The notes: generated by a model not told the origin, from the sequence alone. Counted from the first letter of the stretch, positions 30,118-39,622 are shown. The stretch: DNA of 57,547 nucleotides from Minisyncoccota bacterium (GCA_028690055.1 JAQVBZ010000007.1:1-57547), one strand, 5' to 3'. A program made the numbers and translations.

Positions 30118-30161
30118 AAAAAAATTCGGCATAACGTCTGATTATTCTCAGTCGTTATGCC
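30118..30161 (-). terminator. Intrinsic terminator of the SPFH operon
   Basis: GGCATAACG/CGTTATGCC stem followed on the minus strand by a U-tract. Confidence 0.7.
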
Positions 30162-30225
30162 AGATATCACAACCCTTGCAAAAGTAAAGAGTCTAATTAT
30201 TTTAGACGCTATACTGAAATTACCT

Positions 30226-30651
30226 TCACAGCTGAAAGACCAGATAGAGAGATAAACCGACTATTAGCGTGCAAGCTATAACAGTCAGAGAAATAAAAAA
30301 TAATTCTGAGTTTCTACGCCCCCATTCACCCAAATCTTTCGCCGGTCCTTTGCTTATCAGATACAGAGCCAACGTCAGTATTGTAGTGAAAATCACGAGG
30401 CTGAGGAAATCCATCGGGTCTATCCAGCGAATAACCAAATAGATGATAATCCACCAAGATACCACCTTCGAAGGTATCATTTTTTCAAGATTCTTTATTT
30501 TTGTTCCAAACTCTGTTGATTTCAGGCTATCTTTTATATCGGAGCCCGAAGCACCTCCTTTTCTATCACTTGCGGGCAATAGCAAAGCCACAAGAAATAG
30601 AATAGCCGCAATAACTGCAGCGACAACAATCAAATCATTCAGACTTACCAT
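30226..30651 (-). CDS. Hypothetical multi-TM protein (141 aa)
   Basis: Four hydrophobic segments; start overlaps the SPFH stop; SD-like AAGGAG upstream. Confidence 0.7.
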   Translation of the reverse strand: MVSLNDLIVVAAVIAAILFLVALLLPASDRKGGASGSDIKDSLKSTEFGTKIKNLEKMIPSKVVSWWIIIYLVIRWIDPMDFLSLVIFTTILTLALYLISKGPAKDLGEWGRRNSELFFISLTVIACTLIVGLSLYLVFQL

Positions 30652-32063
30652 CCTGTTAACTCTCCTTCTTCTGCTACTTCTGTAACAGCCTCTTTTATTA
30701 CTGCTTCTGTTATTATCTCCGAATCAATCACCTCGGTTTGCTCGGCGATCCTCCGTAGTGCTCCCAATACCTTTTGAGAATCAAGCCCCTTACTTTCAGC
30801 GGATTTGCCGAGAGCTGTTTCCAAGTCCTTCGGGGTAAAAACATTTGAGCCTGCTTTTCCGGAAGTTCCGCCAAGTCTTTTCATCACATCCGTAATCATA
30901 TCGGTACCAAGGACAAGGTTTGTACCTTCCTTGGCAGTGTTAGCGTAAACTTCTATCAATTTAAGCCCAAGGACAAAGTCGTTGCCGAACTCATCCACCA
31001 AGACCCTATAGGAATCCCGTTCCGCTTGAGTCTTGATCCAAAGCGACACCCCTGCTCCCTGAGCCCTGATGATTTGCGAATCTCGGCCTCCCTTAGCAGT
31101 AGCGACAGCAGCCTCAGCTTCTAATTTTGCTTTCATGATTGCAGCTTCGCCGGCCTTCTTGGCATCCTGTTCGAGCCTGGCAGTAGCGGCATAATCGCCG
31201 AAATCTATCTGCGGGACATCTATTTCCATTATCTGAGCACCAACACCTTTCTCCAGCGTACCCTCAGCCCATTCTCCTTCTTTCTTACGTTCAATTCTAC
31301 CTTTTTCCTTTAACCTATGATAGATGATCTTTCCGAAAGAAGTAATAAGAGCTCCTTCTCCTTCTTTCCCTTTCTCCGCTTTCTCTCTAGGAAGCTTCGC
31401 TTTCAGTTTTTCATCTTGTATATCCTCTCCTTTGGACAATTCCATGAGTTGATTCGGGTCGGAAAAAGTTGCCAGATAAGACCTAGCCTCGTCCAATATT
31501 GCACCCTGCACTATGTCTAACCACTTTGTATTTTTAAACAAAGCTGTGTCAGGATTTATTACCCGAATATTCACAAAAAACGGTATGGTCACGGTGACCA
31601 TAGAGAAGGTTTCAGAATCTTTCAAAACAAACACATATTGATAGACCTGGACAAACAACTGCTTGATCTTCTCATCATGTGTTATAATCTCCTTTTTTTG
31701 CGAATCCCATTTGGACCAGGTAAATCTATATTCATATATCCACGCCACATTCGGCAAGCCCAACCACGTAATACCGGGTAAAAAGGTGCCAAAAAACCAA
31801 TCAATACTTATATCAATAGACCCTCTTTCTATCCTTGACTTATCCGAATCCGGCACTACATAATATTCAGCATTCAGATGAAAACCCCTCAAGCTCATCA
31901 GAAACTTTTTGGGCCTTCCTCCATGTATGATGACACGGACCTCTCCTTCACGTATCTCAGTAAAGAATTTGTCATTTTTTGCCATCCAATAAACTATTAT
32001 TTTAATGGATGTCAGCGAAATTCCTAGGATAATAATCAATATCACATACACCCACAATGCCAT
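30645..32063 (-). CDS. SPFH/band-7 (stomatin/prohibitin/HflK-like) domain protein
   Basis: N-terminal TM, EIREGEVRVII, VTVTIPFFVNIRVINP, Ala/Glu coiled coil EAAIMKAKLEAEAAVATAKG; SD AGGAGG. Confidence 0.72.
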   Translation of the reverse strand: MALWVYVILIIILGISLTSIKIIVYWMAKNDKFFTEIREGEVRVIIHGGRPKKFLMSLRGFHLNAEYYVVPDSDKSRIERGSIDISIDWFFGTFLPGITWLGLPNVAWIYEYRFTWSKWDSQKKEIITHDEKIKQLFVQVYQYVFVLKDSETFSMVTVTIPFFVNIRVINPDTALFKNTKWLDIVQGAILDEARSYLATFSDPNQLMELSKGEDIQDEKLKAKLPREKAEKGKEGEGALITSFGKIIYHRLKEKGRIERKKEGEWAEGTLEKGVGAQIMEIDVPQIDFGDYAATARLEQDAKKAGEAAIMKAKLEAEAAVATAKGGRDSQIIRAQGAGVSLWIKTQAERDSYRVLVDEFGNDFVLGLKLIEVYANTAKEGTNLVLGTDMITDVMKRLGGTSGKAGSNVFTPKDLETALGKSAESKGLDSQKVLGALRRIAEQTEVIDSEIITEAVIKEAVTEVAEEGELTGW

Positions 32064-32346
32064 AGTCTACTCCCTCCTGTTCAATTTTACACCCAATGCT
32101 AACAAAAGCTCTTCTATCTTTTTGACCACAATCCTCTAATCTGATAAATAACCATCCTCTATCCGCTAATTTATTTGCAACGTAGAGATAAGGTCCACTT
32201 TTTGTTATCTTATTTACAACATCAATGTAAAATCTATGACATCCGCTAAAGAATGGCGGAAGAAATAGCCTAAAAAATGGCGTAAATAATCTCGTAAGAA
32301 CTAGTGTAATAACCGTCGTATATAGCACTAACAATAATAGCTGCAT
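32002..32346 (-). CDS. Hypothetical N-terminally anchored protein (114 aa)
   Basis: SD AAGGAG before ATG 32346, hydrophobic N-terminus; 62-nt overlap with the SPFH start lowers confidence. Confidence 0.5.
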   Translation of the reverse strand: MQLLLLVLYTTVITLVLTRLFTPFFRLFLPPFFSGCHRFYIDVVNKITKSGPYLYVANKLADRGWLFIRLEDCGQKDRRAFVSIGCKIEQEGVDYGIVGVCDIDYYPRNFADIH

Positions 32347-32476
32347 CAGGTTATCTCCTTTATTGTTGTTATTTTTGTTTTGGTATAAGTTTTCAAAGTT
32401 CATTTCCCCTAAATGATACCGGCTGGCGCTTGTCACACCCCATAATAAGTACGATCCGGCATCTTCAGGACCTTTT

Positions 32477-32505
32477 ATGCTACGCCAGGAGGGTGTGTTT
32501 GTCAA
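32477..32505 (-). promoter_or_regulatory. sigma70 promoter of the SPFH operon
   Basis: TTGACA-N17-TAGCAT; the -35 lies in one arm of a 13-bp inverted repeat (32492..32504 / 32555..32567). Confidence 0.6.
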
Positions 32506-32632
32506 GAACAAATTAATATGTCAAACCTCACTGCCGACACCTTGTTTGTCTATATGGCAAACACACCAACTTGTCGCATTTTGCCGTTAGTTATTTCGTC
32601 CCATCTGAATCTTCCGTTTCGTTTACAAATAG

Positions 32633-32659
32633 AAATCCCGCATATATTCAATGCGGGAT
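32633..32659. terminator. Terminator after rsmA
   Basis: AAATCCCGCAT-N5-ATGCGGGATTT. Confidence 0.7.
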
Positions 32660-32677
32660 TTTTTATATCGAACGATT

Positions 32678-33520
32678 CTAATATTTATAATCCTTAACCC
32701 TCACCCAATCCGCCGCTTCCAAATCTTGCGCGCGAGTGCCTTTGTCGATATTGCAATCAGTCAACATTTGTTCCATTTCATCTTTAGGCCGTTTCAATCC
32801 CGCCGACAAATTGTTGGATAGCTTCTTGCGCTTGGCGGAAAATCCCATCTTGATCAAACGGAAAATTTTCTGATATTCCTCTACCGGATATTTCTTGCCG
32901 ATATTCTCAATCTTCAAAATCGCCGAGTCCACTTTGGGCGAGGGATAAAAAGAATCATTGCTGACCTTGCGTATCATCTCCGGCTCTCCATAAAGCAGCA
33001 CGCTGAGTGCCAGAATGCTCATATCGCCCTTCTTGGCACAGATCCTTTCGGCAACTTCTTTTTGCACCAGCATCACCATCGATTCCGGCGGCGTTTCCGT
33101 TTCCAGAAAAAGTTTGATGATAGGAGAGGTGATATAATAAGGAATGTTAGCAACGATTTTATACTTCGTCACGCCGCGAGAAAGCAAAAATTCCGGCATA
33201 TTTATTTTCAGAATGTCATCGTTCACGATTTCGATATTGGAATTCTCGCCATATTTTTTCAAGATTTCTTTACGCAAATATCTGCTCATCTTCCTGTCCT
33301 TCTCGATTGCAATCACTTGTCTACACTTGGACGCGAGAGCAAAAGTAAGCACGCCCAGTCCCGGCCCCACTTCGATCGCCACATCTTCAGAACCTAACTC
33401 CGCCGATACCACGATATCTTCCAAAACTTTTTCATCGATCAGAAAATTCTGCCCCAAACTCTTGAGCACTTTGAGGTCCTGCTCCTCCAGCGCGTTTTTG
33501 ATTTCTTCTATGTTAAGCAT
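32678..33520 (-). CDS. rsmA: 16S rRNA m6,2A1518/1519 dimethyltransferase
   Basis: KSLGQNFL, EVGPGLGVLT, IEKD, VANIPYYITSP, QKEVAERI, PSPKVDSA; start refined to ATG 33520. Confidence 0.97.
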   Translation of the reverse strand: MLNIEEIKNALEEQDLKVLKSLGQNFLIDEKVLEDIVVSAELGSEDVAIEVGPGLGVLTFALASKCRQVIAIEKDRKMSRYLRKEILKKYGENSNIEIVNDDILKINMPEFLLSRGVTKYKIVANIPYYITSPIIKLFLETETPPESMVMLVQKEVAERICAKKGDMSILALSVLLYGEPEMIRKVSNDSFYPSPKVDSAILKIENIGKKYPVEEYQKIFRLIKMGFSAKRKKLSNNLSAGLKRPKDEMEQMLTDCNIDKGTRAQDLEAADWVRVKDYKY

Positions 33521-33670
33521 AATTGATTTATTAAAATTATATATCTTCATCATCCAAAAAATATGATGTCTATCTAATCGGATTATACACGACATTGCAG
33601 TATACCCGAATAAATCTATTTTGCAAGAGCCGTCCGATACCATATTTTTTAAATATTGAAAGACGTTCAA

Positions 33671-33788
33671 CTAAATGGAGTAGCGGGATTCATCCCGCGC
33701 TGCTATCCTATGCCTTTAAAACCCCCGCAATCGCACTTTTTATCCGCTTCGGACAACCGCGCAGGTTGAAACCTGCTACTCCATTTAG
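33671..33788. repeat. GTAG-tagged REP doublet, copy 2
   Basis: 14-bp perfect terminal inverted repeat CTAAATGGAGTAGC/GCTACTCCATTTAG. Confidence 0.9.
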
Positions 33789-33838
33789 CGGTAGTGACAA
33801 TAAAAAAATCAGGCCCGAAGACCCGATTTTTCATATAA

Positions 33839-35875
33839 CTAATAATGCAGATATTTCTCCTCATAAAAATCATCCAGATAGCTATACCCCTGACTCTGCT
33901 TCTCGATGAGATTCTGTGGAATATCATTGATAAAGCGCGACTCGCTGTTGGATTGGACGGAGCCGAATATCCTGCGAGTCCTCGCGCAGGTGAGAAAAAG
34001 ATAGCGTTTGGCGCGTGTCATCCCCACATAGCATAACCGCCGCTCTTCCTCCATCTCACTCTCGTCCGAGAAAGTCCGTCCGTGGGGAAGCAACCCCTCT
34101 TCCATTCCGACCATAAATACCGCCGTAAACTCCAACCCTTTGGCCGCGTGCAGTGTCATCAGTGTCACCGCCTCGGTCGTCTCCTCCCAGCCGTCAACGT
34201 CGCTGACGAGCGTCACGTCCTCCGAGAAAGCCCGGATTCCTTCTTCCGCCGGCATCTCCTTATACTTCTCGATAGCACTGAAAAGCTCGCGCACGTTCTC
34301 CCAACGGCTCTCTCCCTCTTCCGTACCGTCCTTGATATAGTTTTCATAGCCGATTTTTTCCAGCATATATTCCAAGAATTTTCCCGTGTCCTCTTCGGCC
34401 ATCCGTTTCTTCATTTCCACGATCATCCCGGCGAAAGCCTTGAGCTTGATCAGCTTGTCCTTGGTCAACTCTCCACCTTGATAAGTGAGGATCGTCTGCA
34501 AAAAGTCCATCTGATTTTTCCTCATCTCCTTTAACACCTTGTCCAATGTCGCCTTGCCGATCTTGCGCGCTGGAATATTGATGATGCGCTCCAGACTCGC
34601 CACATCGCTCGGATTCTGCACGAACCTGAGATAGGCGAGTACGTCCTTCACCTCGCGTCGGTCATAGAACTTGGTGCCGCCCACGATTTTGTAAGGCACT
34701 TGGAATTGCAAAAATGATTCCTCGATGGAACGGGACTGCGCGTTGGTACGGTAGAGGATTGCCACGTCATTCAGATTGACCTTCTCCCTACCGTTGGTGC
34801 CGTTATTGAGCTTGGCAATTTCACCGATAATGAATTCCGCCTCGCCCTTCTCATTGGCAGCTTCATAGACTATGATAGGCTCGCCGCCTTTCTTTTCTGT
34901 CCAGAGCTTCTTGTCCTTGCGATTACGATTGCGGACGATGACACCGTAAGACGCATCCAAAATATTCTGCGTAGAGCGATAGTTCTGCTCCAAGAGGACG
35001 GTCTTGGCCTCGGGATAATTCTTCTCAAAGTCTAAGATGTTCTGGATATCCGCCCCGCGCCATTTGTAAATACTCTGCCAATCGTCTCCCACCACGCACA
35101 AGTTGCGATGCTTCTCGGCGAGCATATCCACCAGCTTGTACTGAGCGTGATTGGTATCCTGATACTCGTCCACCATCACAAAATGGAACCGATCCTGATA
35201 TTTCGAAAGCACCACTTTGTTCTGCGTAAAAAGAAGAGTAGTCTTCATAATCAAGTCATCAAAATCCAACGCTCCGCACTCCGTCAGTCTCTTTTGATAG
35301 ATAGCGTACACCTTGGCGACGTTTTCTGCGAGAAAACTGTCCGCCGTATTGGTCATCTGCTCGGACGTCTTGAGAGAATTCTTGGCATCGGAGATGGCAC
35401 TGTGCACCGAGCGGGGATTCATCTGCTCCGTGCTCAAGTTAAGCTCCTTCATCGCCTTTTTCACGATTCCCAGTTGGTCGGCACTATCATAAATGACAAA
35501 ATCCCGTTTGAGTCCGATACCCTCGGCATCCTCGCGTAAAATACGCACACAGAGACTATGGAACGTTCCCACCAGCGGCAACGACGGATTCTTGAAATAC
35601 TGGCTGAAGGGGGCACTGAAACCCGAACTCGCCTGACTATCCGCCGCGCTTCCCGCCAAAAGACTGCTCACTCGCGATCTCATCTCGCTCGCCGCCTTAT
35701 TGGTAAAAGTCACCGCCAAAATATTCTCCGGCCGCACGCCCTTTTCTCGGATCAAGTAAACGATACGATGGGTGAGTGTCTTGGTCTTGCCCGACCCCGG
35801 CCCGGCGATAATCAGCACCGGCCCCTCGGTTTTCTGCACCGCCTCTCTCTGTTTTGGATTCAAATCTCTAAGCAT
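33839..35875 (-). CDS. pcrA: ATP-dependent DNA helicase PcrA/UvrD
   Basis: AGPGSGKT, VDEYQDTN, VVGDDWQSIY.WRGA, LEQNYRST, TLHAAKGLEF, EEERRLCYVGMTRA; start refined to ATG 35875. Confidence 0.96.
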   Translation of the reverse strand: MLRDLNPKQREAVQKTEGPVLIIAGPGSGKTKTLTHRIVYLIREKGVRPENILAVTFTNKAASEMRSRVSSLLAGSAADSQASSGFSAPFSQYFKNPSLPLVGTFHSLCVRILREDAEGIGLKRDFVIYDSADQLGIVKKAMKELNLSTEQMNPRSVHSAISDAKNSLKTSEQMTNTADSFLAENVAKVYAIYQKRLTECGALDFDDLIMKTTLLFTQNKVVLSKYQDRFHFVMVDEYQDTNHAQYKLVDMLAEKHRNLCVVGDDWQSIYKWRGADIQNILDFEKNYPEAKTVLLEQNYRSTQNILDASYGVIVRNRNRKDKKLWTEKKGGEPIIVYEAANEKGEAEFIIGEIAKLNNGTNGREKVNLNDVAILYRTNAQSRSIEESFLQFQVPYKIVGGTKFYDRREVKDVLAYLRFVQNPSDVASLERIINIPARKIGKATLDKVLKEMRKNQMDFLQTILTYQGGELTKDKLIKLKAFAGMIVEMKKRMAEEDTGKFLEYMLEKIGYENYIKDGTEEGESRWENVRELFSAIEKYKEMPAEEGIRAFSEDVTLVSDVDGWEETTEAVTLMTLHAAKGLEFTAVFMVGMEEGLLPHGRTFSDESEMEEERRLCYVGMTRAKRYLFLTCARTRRIFGSVQSNSESRFINDIPQNLIEKQSQGYSYLDDFYEEKYLHY

Positions 35876-35935
35876 CTTATTTAAAAGGTTATTTTTACAC
35901 TTCATTATAGCAGAAAAAAGGGATTTGCCCAAAGG

Positions 35936-35963
35936 TTGACAAGGGCAGGAATAGAGCTAGAAT
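35936..35963 (+). promoter_or_regulatory. sigma70 promoter
   Basis: TTGACA-N16-TAGAAT. Confidence 0.6.
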
Positions 35964-35997
35964 AAAACCAAAAAACGACTTCAGAAAAGGAGGAACA

Positions 35998-36312
35998 ATG
36001 GATTCTATTCAATATACACTTATCAATTTAATATTTTTTACCGGAACCGTCTCCATCTTAGCACTAGGCAAGAGAAAAGGGCTATGGCTAGACGACACAC
36101 TACCGGAAGAACAAAGACGACTCTTCTTGAATGTCGGGCGTCAAAAAGACTCATTAGCCATTGTTGGTATCATCTTTTTTACACTCTACATAATTGCAAA
36201 AATCAATTTTTTGACCAGTTTCTTGACCGTTATATTTATAAACGAAATCCACTCTTATTATATACTTAGAAGCTACGTCAGGATTGCGCGGATTGAGTTA
36301 TGCAAAGAATGA
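35998..36312 (+). CDS. Small membrane protein (104 aa)
   Basis: Own promoter, SD AGGAGG, three hydrophobic segments, terminator at 36300..36330. Confidence 0.7.
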   Translation: MDSIQYTLINLIFFTGTVSILALGKRKGLWLDDTLPEEQRRLFLNVGRQKDSLAIVGIIFFTLYIIAKINFLTSFLTVIFINEIHSYYILRSYVRIARIELCKE

Positions 36313-36336
36313 ACTTCTTTGCATTTTTATTAAATC

Positions 36337-36364
36337 TTGACAAAATAAAGATATACTCTATAAT
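36337..36364 (+). promoter_or_regulatory. Consensus sigma70 promoter with a ~200-nt leader before the LysM-CHAP gene
   Basis: TTGACA-N16-TATAAT. Confidence 0.75.
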
Positions 36365-36574
36365 CTTAATATCGTTGACACTATTTTGACCCCATGTTAA
36401 ATTTTGAATGTAAGCTTAAATATTAATTTTTTAGCTTTTCGCTGATTGGCCAAAGCAATGAGTCGCAACCAGATAGTTATCCAGAAAGGTGACCATTAGG
36501 CGCAAAAGTTTCAAGGAAATAAAACAATTAGTACAATTATAGAAAAACCGACCGTAGAGCAGGATACTGATTCT

Positions 36575-37780
36575 ATGCTAGAAATCGATAAAAATCCCTG
36601 TCTAACCGGGAAAGTGATTTGTGGTAGTTTTGGTTTTATTAGATCCAATATTACTGTTTTGTCAGTGATTTTTTTGTTGTCTCTAGTATCAGTTTCCAAT
36701 GCTACAGTCTCAAACTACAACTTCCAAAAAGGAAGCCTTTTATTTGGCTATTTAGAAGGCAAAGGAGGTGGTTATGACGGGGATGGCAACATTACCGTCA
36801 ATAATAATCAGAATTACAACAGCGCCGCCGGCAGCGAAACCAACCTGATCAAGGTAGCCAGCGCCGACACCTCTTTCTGGGACAACTATACCGCCAGTAA
36901 CACCGCGCTTAATGACGAGAGTGGAGAAGGTGCCCAAACTCAGACGATTTCCTCTGGACAAGGAGAAAAAGTCAATTTTGAGCCGATGACCGTACAGGGG
37001 AACTTCCTAATTTCTCCTTCCAGCTTCTACGATGGCACATCCGAAGAACAAAGATACGGCCTAATCAAATACACAGTAGAGGACGGAGATACCCCCAGCT
37101 CTATTTCCAATTCTTTCGGCATCGGTCTTTATACTTTTCTCTGGGCTAATAATATGAAAGTAGGCGACTACATCAAGCCGGGACAAGTAGTGGAAATTCT
37201 ACCGATAAACGGCGTAAAACACGCCGTCACAGACAAAGATACCATCGAAGCCATAGCTACCAAATATAAGGCAGACATACAGGAAATTATCATTTATAAC
37301 GAGCTTCCCGCCAACGGCAAGCTGACTGCAGGAAGAACCCTTGTCGTACCGAACGGCGAGAAAGAAAAGCCTATTGCGGAACCAAAACCGGTTGTTACTC
37401 CAACGACCACCAGTCAAGGCACCGTGGTTTCCTCCAGCAAATATGTAGCCGCAACAACAGTTCAGAAAGGGCATTCCTTCCCTTACGGACAGTGTACCTG
37501 GTATGTCTCCACTCGATTCTATGTTCCATGGGGTGGAAACGCCAAGGCTTGGCTCGCCAACGCTGCCGCTTATGGCTACTCTACAGGCAGAACCCCTGTT
37601 GCCGGCTCAATTATGGTGACAAACGAACACCGAATATATGGCCACGTGACGTACGTCGAATCAGTAACCGCCACCACAATCACCATTTCTGAAATGAACT
37701 ATACAGGCTGGGCACGAAAGAGCGTAAGAGTCGTCCCAAGAAACAGCTCAGTGATTATGGGTTTCATCTATGCCAAGTAA
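36575..37780 (+). CDS. LysM + CHAP peptidoglycan hydrolase
   Basis: Two LysM repeats (YTVEDGDT, HAVTDKDT), FPYGQCTWYV, WGGNAKAW, YGHVTYVE, SEMNY. Confidence 0.93.
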   Translation: MLEIDKNPCLTGKVICGSFGFIRSNITVLSVIFLLSLVSVSNATVSNYNFQKGSLLFGYLEGKGGGYDGDGNITVNNNQNYNSAAGSETNLIKVASADTSFWDNYTASNTALNDESGEGAQTQTISSGQGEKVNFEPMTVQGNFLISPSSFYDGTSEEQRYGLIKYTVEDGDTPSSISNSFGIGLYTFLWANNMKVGDYIKPGQVVEILPINGVKHAVTDKDTIEAIATKYKADIQEIIIYNELPANGKLTAGRTLVVPNGEKEKPIAEPKPVVTPTTTSQGTVVSSSKYVAATTVQKGHSFPYGQCTWYVSTRFYVPWGGNAKAWLANAAAYGYSTGRTPVAGSIMVTNEHRIYGHVTYVESVTATTITISEMNYTGWARKSVRVVPRNSSVIMGFIYAK

Positions 37781-37848
37781 AGAATCAATCAAATATAAAA
37801 AAACGAAAGCCCTGCTTCCGTTTTTTGTTGCAAATCAAAGCGCCCCTA

Positions 37849-37961
37849 CTAAATGGAGTAGCGGGTTTTAACCCGCGCGGCTATCCTATGCCTTTAAAAC
37901 CTTCGAAATCAAGCGTTTTATCCGCCTCGGACAACCGCGCAGACTGAAGTCTGCTACTCCG
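37849..37961. repeat. GTAG-tagged REP doublet, copy 3
   Basis: Left end CTAAATGGAGTAGCGGG identical to copy 2; right hairpin GCAGACtgaaGTCTGC. Confidence 0.9.
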
Positions 37962-38031
37962 AATAAAAAAGCAACGATTGATCGGTCATTGACAAACCGC
38001 CCAAAAAAGCTAAACTGTAATAGTAAATTAC

Positions 38032-38105
38032 GGGTTCGTAGCTCAGTTGGTTAGAGCGCCACATTGACATTGTGGAGGTCGGAAGTTCGAGTCTCCCCGG
38101 ACCCA
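38032..38105 (+). tRNA. tRNA-Val(GAC)
   Basis: CCACA-TTGACAT-TGTGG anticodon arm; promoter TTGACA-N16-TAAACT at 37989..38016. Confidence 0.95.
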
Positions 38106-38110
38106 CCCAA

Positions 38111-38142
38111 AATAAAAATCCGCCGAGTGAGGCGGGTTTTTT
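38111..38142 (+). terminator. Terminator after tRNA-Val
   Basis: TCCGCC-gagtga-GGCGGG then T-tract. Confidence 0.75.
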
Positions 38143-38151
38143 GATGTGTAC

Positions 38152-38238
38152 AATACGTGTATAATACGTGTATACATTATACATGTATTGCCTTTCTATA
38201 TAATACATGTATAATACGTGTATACATTATACATGTAT
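38152..38238. repeat. Two 37-bp direct repeats (period 50), each a 13-10-13 inverted repeat, upstream of the Fic gene
   Basis: ATACATGTATAAT-N10-ATTATACATGTAT; units 38152..38188 and 38202..38238 are 36/37 identical. Confidence 0.9.
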
Positions 38239-38261
38239 CATAAAACAATTAACCTATAAAT

Positions 38262-39605
38262 ATGCTATTCAAGCTAGAAAAACCTGATTTGTCAAAAATG
38301 AGGGGCAATAGAATCGTAGAGTTAATGGAAAATAAAGAGCTACAGCAGATAGCGAGAAAAACAATGAGCCCCGATTATTTATATTGGGATAAAATTAAAT
38401 ATCGTTTTAAGCAAACATTGCCTAAAGGTGTGTCAACAGAAGAGTTATGGGCACTGACAAAATTTATACGCAAATATTTTTCGGAACAAACAATCACCCC
38501 TATAAAAAATGAAAAGGGAGAAAAATTTTCTTTTATAAAGTTATCACGCTTCGAACAATTCCTCCATGAAACCGATTTGAATATGAGGGGCAGTTTATTT
38601 GTGAATTCAGGAGATGACAAAGAAAAAAGAAAATACCAATTTATATCCCGAGGTATTATGGAAGAGGCGATTGCGTCCTCGCAACTGGAAGGAGCAAATA
38701 CTACGCGAAAAGCAGCTAAAGAATTCCTGAGGGAAGGAAGAACACCAAGAACCAAGGACGAGAAAATGATTCTGAACAGTTACCATGCTAGAAAAGCTAT
38801 AGAAGAAAAATACAAAAAAGAAAAACTAGATTTACAAACCATCTTTGAATTGCACAGAATATTGACGATAGATACGGTCAAAGATGAAGAAATAGGACGT
38901 TTTAGAACCGACAAAGACGATATAGTGGTCGCAAATAATATTGAAAATATAGTCTATCACGTTCCACCAAAAGAGATATTTGTAAAAAAGGAAATCAAAG
39001 AATTGATAAAGTTCGCCAATGACGAAACAGAAACCCAGTTTATCCATCCGGTAACAAAAGCCATTTTGATTCATTTCTGGTTGGGATACCTCCATCCCTT
39101 TACAGATGGCAATGGGCGCCTCGCTAGAGCATTGTTCTACTGGTATTTGTCGAAAAAAGATTATTGGGCCTTTAATTATTTGCCAATCTCTAAAAACATA
39201 AAGAATTCCCAAACGCAGTACGGAATGGCTTATGTGCTGGCAGAACAAGACGACTGCGATCTTACATATTTTATTGATTATAATATAGATAAGATACAAC
39301 TGGCCATAAAAGATTTTGAAGCCTATGTTGAAAAGAAAAGAAAAGAAAATATCGAAATTTCCAAAATTTCCAAATCAAAATACAATTTCAATGACAGGCA
39401 GCTTCAGTTACTGCAATATCTTAATGGTAACAGATATGGAAAAACATCAGTTTCGGTCTATATGAATATAAATAATCTAAGAAGCAGGATAACAGCTTCT
39501 ACGGATTTAAAAAAACTAAAAGAGCAGGGGTTCCTGTATGCCAAGAAAAAAGGCAAAGAGGTCTTCTATTTTGCCACAAAAAAGATCGATGAACTGTTTG
39601 AATAA
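38262..39605 (+). CDS. Class II Fic-family protein with probable C-terminal HTH
   Basis: Canonical HPFTDGNGRLAR motif, inhibitory helix SSQLEG, C-terminal TASTDLKKLKEQGFL; AT-rich. Confidence 0.92.
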   Translation: MLFKLEKPDLSKMRGNRIVELMENKELQQIARKTMSPDYLYWDKIKYRFKQTLPKGVSTEELWALTKFIRKYFSEQTITPIKNEKGEKFSFIKLSRFEQFLHETDLNMRGSLFVNSGDDKEKRKYQFISRGIMEEAIASSQLEGANTTRKAAKEFLREGRTPRTKDEKMILNSYHARKAIEEKYKKEKLDLQTIFELHRILTIDTVKDEEIGRFRTDKDDIVVANNIENIVYHVPPKEIFVKKEIKELIKFANDETETQFIHPVTKAILIHFWLGYLHPFTDGNGRLARALFYWYLSKKDYWAFNYLPISKNIKNSQTQYGMAYVLAEQDDCDLTYFIDYNIDKIQLAIKDFEAYVEKKRKENIEISKISKSKYNFNDRQLQLLQYLNGNRYGKTSVSVYMNINNLRSRITASTDLKKLKEQGFLYAKKKGKEVFYFATKKIDELFE

Positions 39606-39622
39606 TATTTTGAATTAATATA

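Noticed and set aside
33595-33927. Short ORFs crossing the REP doublet (also 3462..3671 and 37954..38208)
   Set aside because: The shared peptide SSRFQPARLS comes from the non-coding repeat; the last ORF is antisense to tRNA-Val.
38203-38238. loxP or dif site
   Set aside because: It shares ATACATTATAC with loxP and has 13-bp arms, but the spacer is 10 bp and the arms differ; it does not fit the 11-6-11 dif layout.
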